Source: an uncultured Clostridia bacterium
GTDB lineage: Bacteria; Bacillota; Clostridia; Christensenellales; CAG-314
Assembly (NCBI GenBank): GCA_947628135.1
Contig: CANQYT010000006.1
Location: 8,989-72,988 of the forward strand
Length of the DNA: 64,000 bases
Direction of reading: 5' to 3'
The notes under the pieces are model-generated. The model saw only the letters and a program-made list of their open reading frames with translations, ran no database searches and was not told where the DNA came from. Both the position numbers and the translations under genes were made by a program. Shown here in pieces: positions 56,657 to 64,000 of the stretch (positions within the stretch are counted from its first letter, which is position 1; each line of letters begins with the position of its first letter).

Positions 56657-57553
56657 ATGACGGCAAACAATATTTACGAATGGACGGCGGAGGACTGCCG
56701 ACGGTGCTTGCCTTGGCGCAGCGGAGAATGCAACAAGGGAGATTTCGGCTACGTGGCGCTTATCGGCGGCAGCGAAAAATACTGCGGCGCGGCTAAGTTG
56801 GCGAACTTGGCGGCGTCGGCTATGCGCAGCGGCGCGGGCGTGGTAAAACTTGCCGTACCGAAAAACGTTGCGCGCGCCGTTTTGCCCTGCTTGTTGGAAA
56901 GCACGCTTTTTCCGCTGTCCGCGGCAAAGGGACAGTTGGTTTTCGACGAGGCTCAATTTGCCGAACTGACCCGCAACGTGCGCACCGTTGCGTTTGGAAT
57001 GGGTTGCGGCACGGGCGACGGCGCAAAACAGGCGCTGAAATGGTTGCTGGAAAAATACGACGGCACGCTTGTTGTGGATGCCGACGGCTTGAACTGCCTT
57101 GCCGCGTTGGGAACGGAATTGCTGAAAAAGTGCGCGCCGAACCGCGTTGTGCTTACGCCGCACGCGGCGGAATTTTCCCGTTTGACGGGCGAGACGGTGG
57201 AAAACGTCTTGCAAAACAAGGCGGACCTTGCGCGCCGCTTTGCGGAAAAGTACGAAGTTACCGTGTTGGTTAAGGGCGAGGAAACCATAGTTTCCGACGG
57301 CTTTTCGATACTTTCGGTAAAACGTGGCTGTGCGGGAATGGCTACGGCGGGAAGCGGAGACGTGCTTTCCGGCATTGTGGCGGCAATTTGCGCGTACAAC
57401 CGCGACGACGTTACCGCAGCGACCGCCACCGCCGCCTACGTAAACGGAGTTGCGGGTGAACTTGCGCAGGAAAAAACCAACCCCATATCGATGATTGCGT
57501 CCGACACGACGAGATGCATTGCGCAAGCGATAACGAATATTTTGAAGGGATAA
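56657..57553 (+). CDS. nnrD: NAD(P)H-hydrate dehydratase
   Basis: NKGDFG, IGGSEKYCGAA, VDADGLN, LTPHAAEFSRL, MATAGSGDVLSG. Confidence 0.92.
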   Translation: MTANNIYEWTAEDCRRCLPWRSGECNKGDFGYVALIGGSEKYCGAAKLANLAASAMRSGAGVVKLAVPKNVARAVLPCLLESTLFPLSAAKGQLVFDEAQFAELTRNVRTVAFGMGCGTGDGAKQALKWLLEKYDGTLVVDADGLNCLAALGTELLKKCAPNRVVLTPHAAEFSRLTGETVENVLQNKADLARRFAEKYEVTVLVKGEETIVSDGFSILSVKRGCAGMATAGSGDVLSGIVAAICAYNRDDVTAATATAAYVNGVAGELAQEKTNPISMIASDTTRCIAQAITNILKG

Positions 57554-57810
57554 CCGCGCGAGGCGCAATCAAGAAGCGCTCAAATGCGCTTGCGCGCGGA
57601 AAAAGCGCGGCAACCGCCCCCACCGCAAACGAGCGCCGCTTTTCTGCCGCGCGTTTGTTTTGCTTTGCGCAAATTGCGGCACGTGGGTTGTGACGACAGC
57701 AAGACTTGCCGTTGACCTTTCGGCGACGAGAAAAAAACTCTTTCACAAAATTAGTCCTCCGTGGTGAACGCATAGCCCAATCTTTCGGCGACGTAAAAAG
57801 CTCTTTCACT

Positions 57811-57851
57811 AAAACACGAGCCAAACTATACTGTTCGGCTCGTATTTTTTT
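57811..57851 (+). terminator. Intrinsic terminator-like hairpin
   Basis: ACGAGCC..GGCTCGT stem followed by ATTTTTTT. Confidence 0.6.
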
Positions 57852-58087
57852 GAGGAGATACAACTCTAATCATCAAATATACTCATTTGATTTTGTACAA
57901 CGATCCAGCATAAATTTTCGCCTTTTTATTATAATATAAAATCAAAATTATTGAATATTTTCACAAAAAAAATAGAAAAGCACCGCGATATTTTCACCAT
58001 ACGTGCAATTATGACAATTTTTCCGCCGATATTGTTATACAAAACACTAAAACAGCATACGGCAAAGCAGCATCCAAACGTCAGCAT

Positions 58088-58128
58088 AAAACAATACGAG
58101 TCCAACACTACCTGTCGGACTCGTATTG
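58088..58128 (-). terminator. Terminator downstream of mrr
   Basis: CAATACGAGTCC..GGACTCGTATTG stem, T tract on the minus strand. Confidence 0.65.
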
Positions 58129-58172
58129 CTCTGCTTTGGCGAAGCAGTAGCGACTAAATTGAATTTATTTTT

Positions 58173-59087
58173 TCATAAAGTGTCGAAATAATCACTATCC
58201 ACGCGTTTGATCGTAATCGTCTTTTCCACAGAAACACCGACATTATATTCATACATCAGCTCTACCAGATTTTTACCGTTTATTAAAACGACGGAATTGG
58301 AGTTGTTTCTATTTACTGCCTCAATCGCTTGCTTGGTAAAATCTGATGTGGTAATAAATATACCTTTTCGCGCACCCTTTAATTGTAGTGCGCCGAAAAA
58401 CTGTTGGATCGTCGGGTGTCCAACCAAATTATCACGATTATACCTTTTGGCTTGTATATATATTGTATCTAATCCGAGTTTATCTTCTTTAACTAAACCG
58501 TCAATTCCTTCATCTCCCGACTTTTTGGTCGCCTTGCCTGCATCGGCTATATTACCTCCATATCCCATTGCAACTATTAAATCGACAACCAATTGTTCAA
58601 AAGCATATGGGGATTGTTCTAAAATTTTATTAAGTAGGTCATCGCAAACACTTTTTTTCAGTATTTCGTTTCCCTCTAATATTTTTTCCATAGGTGTTTT
58701 TTCTTCTTCAAACACCCCTTCGTGCCGATGAGTATTTTTGCCGTCTATATTTTGAAATTCCACAAACTGAGGGTATCTGCGCAAATAGGCAGTGTTTAGA
58801 TTTGTTATATTCTCTGCAACAACTCGATTGCCTTCGTCTGTAATTTTATAGTTTGATCTTGAAGGACTTAATATAAGTCCCGCCTTTTTCAAATACGTTA
58901 ATGCCCATCCAATTCGATTGATATATGTCGGTTGTGTTTGCGATGGCAAAGTTTCGTCCATTTGTTCAGTGGTAAGATGCATCATCGATGCCACATCGTG
59001 ATAGATAACTCTCTTCTGCCATATTTTGCCATTGGAAAGTAATTTAATTATAGGAAACATAAACTCTTGATAACTTGGAACATTCAT
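58173..59087 (-). CDS. mrr: Mrr-family type IV restriction endonuclease
   Basis: Mrr_N (PSYQEFMFPII..NRIGWALTYLKKAGLI) and catalytic SGDEGIDG..IYIQAKRY..GIFITTSDF; AT-rich; alternative GTG start 59096. Confidence 0.93.
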   Translation of the reverse strand: MNVPSYQEFMFPIIKLLSNGKIWQKRVIYHDVASMMHLTTEQMDETLPSQTQPTYINRIGWALTYLKKAGLILSPSRSNYKITDEGNRVVAENITNLNTAYLRRYPQFVEFQNIDGKNTHRHEGVFEEEKTPMEKILEGNEILKKSVCDDLLNKILEQSPYAFEQLVVDLIVAMGYGGNIADAGKATKKSGDEGIDGLVKEDKLGLDTIYIQAKRYNRDNLVGHPTIQQFFGALQLKGARKGIFITTSDFTKQAIEAVNRNNSNSVVLINGKNLVELMYEYNVGVSVEKTITIKRVDSDYFDTL

Positions 59088-59191
59088 ATAAAACACCTTT
59101 TTTATTTAATTATATCACACATTCTAAAACATAGAAACAATATTTTGACAAAATGTTACTTTTATACTAATCTTATAAGGGAACACAAACT

Positions 59192-60185
59192 ATGAAAACA
59201 CGAAAAAAAACTACACAACTAGATATTTCGGTCAAAAAGGCTTCTACGCCCGTTCTTTTTTTTAGACTCAAATTATATTATAGAATTTAATAAGGTACTA
59301 AAAAACAATTGTACCGACAAGAGTTACGAGAAATTGCTTGATGTACTTAATATAATGTCAAATGAAAATCTAATTCATTGCCCCATTGCAGATCAATCGT
59401 TGGAGGTATCATACGGCAAAAACAAACAACAAAATTTACAACTACTCAATCGCATAAGCAATGGCAGCAGATTCCGTCATTATGTAACCATCGAAAAACA
59501 GGAACAAGCGATTTTCTTTGATGCTTATCTTAACTCTGAAACAAAGATTATTTTAGATTACAATTTAGGCTTGCGATTTTTGGGCGAGACCTCGCAATCA
59601 TCAAATATCGACATTTCATTTGTAGTTGAAGATAATGTAATTCTTTCTTTACAAGAAAGTAAAATAGAATTTGCAAAAAAAATGAACGAGTTAAAAGAAA
59701 AGAAAAAAGATTTATCTTTTTATCAATTGTTCGAACAGGAAACAAATTCTGAGGGCAATACTTTGGAAATATATTTAAAAAATCCAAATTCTCAATTTAT
59801 ATCTAAACAGTTCACGAAAGAAATATTAGAAATTTATGCGCATATTATTGCTAAAAACGATTTTTCTATCAATGAAATGTCTTTACAACTATTTATGACC
59901 TTTTTATTTAGCGATTATTGGAAAGAAACGCCTTATTGCTATATCAAAAAATCAATTTTGGCATTTATGCTTTCCCGCAATCGTCATTTTAAAAAAAGCG
60001 ATTTTATGGATATAAACAATGCCTGTTATTTTTTTCCTTTCTGTAATTTCTTTTTAACAGATAAATATTTGGCAAATTGTTTGAATGAACTTGGCTTAGA
60101 GAAAAAATATAATACCGTTGTTTTTTCAAAAACCAATTTAGATGAGTTAATTGATATTTTAGAACACTTGATAGGAATCAATTAA
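59192..60185 (+). pseudogene. PIN-domain-like protein split by a 1-nt frameshift at a T8 tract (about 330 aa if restored)
   Basis: The ATG 59192 frame stops after 32 codons; removing one T from 59256-59263 gives PVLFLDSNYII joined to the 59334-60185 ORF, which ends SDFMDI..CNFFLTDKYL. Confidence 0.65.
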
Positions 60186-60480
60186 ATATATCTAAAAGAT
60201 TCTGCGCCGAATCGACTTAAAAGTTTTCAATCGAAACACAAAACGCGCAAGCACCTTTTCAATCGAACAATGCAACGGCTTGACGGCGATCACGGACAAT
60301 GCAATAGAAGTAAACGGATAGTATTTGACGAAACTGCTGCCAAAATGTTGACTTCCGCGTGGCAGAGCGATCTATACTCGTCCTTGATCATAAATTCACG
60401 ACGGAACTTCCACAAGACAACCGCGTCCTGTGGAAATTGAGCCAACAGATTTTTGCAATGTAAGATTTATCTAAAACGAA

Positions 60481-60654
60481 TCAGATGTTTTTCAGAATTT
60501 CTATAATTGCTTTGAATTGTGCCAACTCATTCAAATCTTTCCAAAATCGCATTTGATTTCTTTGAGATAACTTGCTGTAATCGTCTGCAAATTCCTGTCC
60601 CTTTTGTACCGTTTTTACAAAAAATTCTTGATATGCTTTTTCTTCGTCTATCAT
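60481..60654 (-). CDS. Small hypothetical protein, 57 aa
   Basis: MIDEEKAYQEFFVKTVQKGQEFADDYSKLSQRNQMRFWKDLNELAQFKAIIEILKNI; GGAG SD 6 nt upstream; hairpin at 60408-60435 downstream. Confidence 0.55.
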   Translation of the reverse strand: MIDEEKAYQEFFVKTVQKGQEFADDYSKLSQRNQMRFWKDLNELAQFKAIIEILKNI

Positions 60655-61041
60655 TTTTTCTCCATTAAGTGATAAAATACTTAAAATCTACTTTCCGATT
60701 GGTTTTGAATTGCGCTTCGGTATAAAAAGAAACGCGCAGTGCTTCCTTTGAGTTGTAACTTGTGGGGCGGTTTGGTGGGGCGAGGCAAGGCACACAAAGC
60801 GAGAAAGGCGTAAGTCCCAATAGGTTTTTGTTGCGGAAAGGGCTGTGAAGTTCGCAGCCCTTTCCGCAAAAATATGTACCTCGTAGGTAAAAATCGCGTT
60901 GTTTGAGCAGCCGTTGTCCCGACGGGCAGACGACTTTTGCTCGATCGCTCCGTCCATATGCGGTTGCAGTCGCCGCCGCAAAAGGTGCGACTGCGGCGAC
61001 GCTTCGGCAAAGGCAAACGAAAATATGCGCCGCCGTTACGT

Positions 61042-62289
61042 TTACTTGTCCTTTTTGCTGCCGAACTTTTTCTTCATCGCCGCGAACGTCCTTGCAAAGA
61101 AACCTTGCGGCTTTTGTTCGATGATGGTCACGTTGTCCTCGTCCAACGACTTGGTAACTTCCACTTCCTCGTACTCGCAATAGTCGGAGGTTATCGCTTT
61201 TGTCGTCGTCTCGTTGAAGAAACGCGTGTAACCCGTTTCCACAGCGACGCGAATGACATCGTGTTCGCGTATGGTGTACTTGTTGGGTATCTTTACCACA
61301 ACGTCTATGTCTCCCACTTTGCCGTGTACGTTGAGAATGTCTCCCAGCAACTCGACAATGCCCACTTCCATTGCAAAGGACGCGTCTCTGAACTGTTGAA
61401 AACGATCGTCGCCCTCATATATCAAATTTTCGGGGCGAACGCCGTAAACCAACCCGTGACCGACGTAGTTTTTCAGCAGTTCTTTCTCTTCGCCGCGCAG
61501 GGCAACGGTCTGCTCCGACCCGCGAATGGCAAACGTGCCGTCCTCGTTGAGCGTGCCGTACAGGAAATTCATCGCGGGCGTGCCGATGAAACCCGCCACA
61601 AACAAGTTTGCGGGGTTTTGGTATATTTCGTTGGGAGTGCCTATCTGCTGAATGAAACCGTCTTTCATAACCACGATGCGGCTTGCCATCGTCATTGCCT
61701 CTATCTGGTCGTGAGTGACGTAGATGGTTGTTGCGCCCACTTCTTCGTGGATACGCACGATTTCGCTGCGCATCGCTACGCGCAATTTGGCGTCCAAGTT
61801 GCTGAGCGGTTCGTCCATAAGAAACACTTTGGGACGGCGCACGATAGATCTGCCCAACGCCACTCTTTGGCGCTGTCCACCCGAAAGGTTGCGCGGTTTG
61901 CGGTCGAGATAGGGTTTCAGCCGTAAGATCTTTGCCGCTTCCTGTACGCGACGGTCGATTTCTTCCTTGGGTACTTTGCGCAGTTTCAGCGCGTACGCCA
62001 TATTGTCGTACACCGTCATTTGCGGATACAGCGCGTAGCTTTGAAACACCATCGCGATGTCTCTGTCCTTGGGCGCGGCTTTGTTCATCAATTTGCCGTC
62101 GATGTACAATTCGCCGTAGGATATTTCCTCCAACCCCGCCACCATACGCAGCGTCGTCGATTTGCCGCAACCGGACGGTCCGACAAAGACGATGAATTCG
62201 CCGTCTTGTATGTCGATGGAAAAGTCGTGTACCGCGTGCACTCCGCCTTCATACACTTTGTTTACGTTTACCAATTTTACCGATGCCAT
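61042..62289 (-). CDS. msmX: Sugar ABC transporter ATP-binding protein (MsmX/MalK family)
   Basis: [37 protein letters not shown] domain, extended C-terminal tail. Confidence 0.93.
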   Translation of the reverse strand: MASVKLVNVNKVYEGGVHAVHDFSIDIQDGEFIVFVGPSGCGKSTTLRMVAGLEEISYGELYIDGKLMNKAAPKDRDIAMVFQSYALYPQMTVYDNMAYALKLRKVPKEEIDRRVQEAAKILRLKPYLDRKPRNLSGGQRQRVALGRSIVRRPKVFLMDEPLSNLDAKLRVAMRSEIVRIHEEVGATTIYVTHDQIEAMTMASRIVVMKDGFIQQIGTPNEIYQNPANLFVAGFIGTPAMNFLYGTLNEDGTFAIRGSEQTVALRGEEKELLKNYVGHGLVYGVRPENLIYEGDDRFQQFRDASFAMEVGIVELLGDILNVHGKVGDIDVVVKIPNKYTIREHDVIRVAVETGYTRFFNETTTKAITSDYCEYEEVEVTKSLDEDNVTIIEQKPQGFFARTFAAMKKKFGSKKDK

Positions 62290-62291
62290 AG

Positions 62292-63242
62292 TTATTTTAC
62301 CGCCTTGTTTATTTTTTCTTTGTTACCCATTGCCGCAATTGCGCCAAAATTCATCGTTGTGTACGCGCCGCATTTGCACGCGAAATCCAAAATATCTTTG
62401 CAGTCGATACTCGCAACGTTTAGCGGCGTTGCGCCCGCCTCTATCAGCCGAGAGATAAGCCCTCCGAAGAAGGAATCGCCCGCCCCGGTAGTATCCGCCA
62501 CAGCCACCTTGTAACCGTTGCAGACAGCGCTCGGTTTGCCGTCCGAATACAGTTTTGCGCCTTTGCCGCCGTCCGTTACCGCAAGCAAACGCGTTTTGCC
62601 CGAAAACATCGCTTCAACGGCTTGTTCGCCCGTGCGTTCGGTCAGGAACTCCATTTCGTCCCTGCCCACCTTTACGACGTCGGCAAGAGGGGCAAACCGT
62701 CTTACCGTTGCGCGCAGTTCCTCTTTGTCCCACAGATTGAAACGCAAGTTGGGGTCGAAACACACCAACGCACCCGCCGCGCGCGCCTTGTCTATCAGAT
62801 ACAGGTGCGTTTGCCTCGCCTCTTCGGTGGCAAGCGCCACACTGCCGAACTCAAATGCGTCGCCGCTTTCAAAGGCGACGTCGGCAAAGTCGTTCGGCGT
62901 GAAAGACAGGTCCGCCGCGGTCCTACGGTAAAAACTGAATTCCCGTTCGCCGTTTGCCGCAAAACTCACAAACGCCAACGACGTGTCCCGTTCGGCGCTT
63001 CGTCCGACGTGACTTACGTCCACGCCTTCGCGTTGCAGCGTTTCCACCAAGAAGTCGCCGAAAGAATCCTGCCCCACCTTGGTAAGATACGCGCTGTCCG
63101 TCCCCAATTTGGCGGCTTGTACGCACACGTTTGCAGGCGCTCCGCCCGCCTTTTTTACAAATTGTTCAGTATCTTTGAGAGAGGCCGTTCCCACCGACTG
63201 AAAGTCGATAAGCAACTCTCCCAAACAGTACAGCCTACTCAT
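62292..63242 (-). CDS. PfkB-family sugar kinase, probable fructokinase
   Basis: GGAPANV, FDPNLR, DTTGAGDSF; follows a GH32 gene. Confidence 0.88.
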   Translation of the reverse strand: MSRLYCLGELLIDFQSVGTASLKDTEQFVKKAGGAPANVCVQAAKLGTDSAYLTKVGQDSFGDFLVETLQREGVDVSHVGRSAERDTSLAFVSFAANGEREFSFYRRTAADLSFTPNDFADVAFESGDAFEFGSVALATEEARQTHLYLIDKARAAGALVCFDPNLRFNLWDKEELRATVRRFAPLADVVKVGRDEMEFLTERTGEQAVEAMFSGKTRLLAVTDGGKGAKLYSDGKPSAVCNGYKVAVADTTGAGDSFFGGLISRLIEAGATPLNVASIDCKDILDFACKCGAYTTMNFGAIAAMGNKEKINKAVK

Positions 63243-63999
63243 AAAACTTTACGTCCTTTACCGTGACCTTTGCGCCGTTGGAATAAAACGCAAGGTTGTT
63301 GCCGTCCATATCGGTGACGCGTGACGTCAAAGCGACCGTACCGTCCAAATAGACCGTAACCACCTCGCCGTCGATAATTACGTCCACCGCGTACTCTTTG
63401 TCAAGTTCGAAGGCAAAGTTCACCGACGTCAAAGGCGCGCCGTAACGCAGAATACTCGATACGTTGTTGTAGCAGACAAGTTTGCCGTTTTGCGGCTCAA
63501 ACGCCAACGCCGCACTGCCGAGACGCTTGTTGTAGTCTCCGTCCAAACCGAACGTCAAGCCGAAGTCTCCGCCCGCTTCCTCCACGCTCATCGTGAAAGA
63601 AATGCGCGTTACGTTGTCGGAAAGTCTTTGCAGACCGACTGCGTCGAATTTGCCGCTTTCAAAGACAAATTCGCTTTGTTTGCCGCCGTCCACGGTGAGA
63701 TACTCGACTTCGTGCGAAAAATACTTTTTGTAACTGTCCGGCATAACCGCGCACAGTTCGCCGTCGGGCATTTGCTTGATTTGATGAGTGACAAGATTGC
63801 CGCCCCAATCGAATCCGCCCGCCGCACCGCCGCTGAGGCGCGCGCACCAGGCGAACGCAAACAGTTTGCCGTCGGCTTTTTCCAGACGTCCCGCGTAAAA
63901 GCCCGCGGCGTCTATTGAGTCACGCTCGAACTTGTGCCATTCGGGGTCGTCGTGAGAGGTTTTGTAACGATAGTGCGTGACGCGGTCCGTCCCCTCGCC
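63235..63999 (-). CDS. GH32-like beta-fructofuranosidase/levanase, C-terminal part (5' end outside the window)
   Basis: Frame is open to the window edge: ..GFYAGRLE..FAWCAR..FDWGGNLVTHQIKQMPDGEL followed by a beta-sandwich domain. Confidence 0.75.
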   Translation of the reverse strand, partial: GEGTDRVTHYRYKTSHDDPEWHKFERDSIDAAGFYAGRLEKADGKLFAFAWCARLSGGAAGGFDWGGNLVTHQIKQMPDGELCAVMPDSYKKYFSHEVEYLTVDGGKQSEFVFESGKFDAVGLQRLSDNVTRISFTMSVEEAGGDFGLTFGLDGDYNKRLGSAALAFEPQNGKLVCYNNVSSILRYGAPLTSVNFAFELDKEYAVDVIIDGEVVTVYLDGTVALTSRVTDMDGNNLAFYSNGAKVTVKDVKFYE

Positions 64000-64000
64000 C

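Noticed and set aside
57717-57814. Possible mini-CRISPR (about 33-bp repeat, 65-bp period)
   Set aside because: Only two imperfect copies, no cas genes and no typical repeat end; kept only as a low-interest repeat.
59203-59210. A8 tract as the frameshift site of the PIN-like gene
   Set aside because: Removing an A there runs into TAG at 59220-59222, so the shift must lie downstream; the T8 tract fits.
60665-61180. Overlapping short ORFs or a riboswitch downstream of msmX
   Set aside because: No SD or family motifs, and no recognisable riboswitch consensus by eye.

Overview
64 kb of bacterial chromosome from a Bacillota (Clostridia-like) organism, inferred from the sigma-A promoters, lipoproteins and a Spo0A-type domain; it resembles uncultured gut Christensenellales, which is inference only. 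From left to right: (1) 1-22.5 kb, a LacI-controlled beta-glucan utilisation locus, probably for beta-1,2-glucan. It has two GH144-type enzymes, an NdvB-like GH94 phosphorylase, a GH3 and an SGNH esterase, built around an unusually complex ABC system (2 binding proteins, 4 permeases, ATPase, NHL/TPR/YIP1 protein, DUF5696-like protein). (2) tRNA-Ser(GGA) with a tandem tRNA-linked repeat. (3) Two giant surface lipoproteins whose promoter has a G9 tract in the -35/-10 spacer. (4) Assorted enzymes, including a degenerate Zn-dehydrogenase, and trkAH. (5) A five-gene operon joining an alkyl-DHAP-synthase-like flavoprotein, an FGGY kinase and a GlpA-like dehydrogenase trio, a candidate glycerol-ether pathway. 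(6) cysK, leuS, a receiver-less Spo0A-like regulator preceded by 0A boxes, and nnrD. (7) An AT-rich defence islet with mrr, a PIN-like gene frameshifted at a T8 tract and a 57-aa ORF. (8) The distal end of a fructan-type operon (GH32, PfkB kinase, ABC ATPase). CATG, GGCC and AGCT look strongly depleted window-wide. All family calls come from recognising motifs by eye; no database searches were run.
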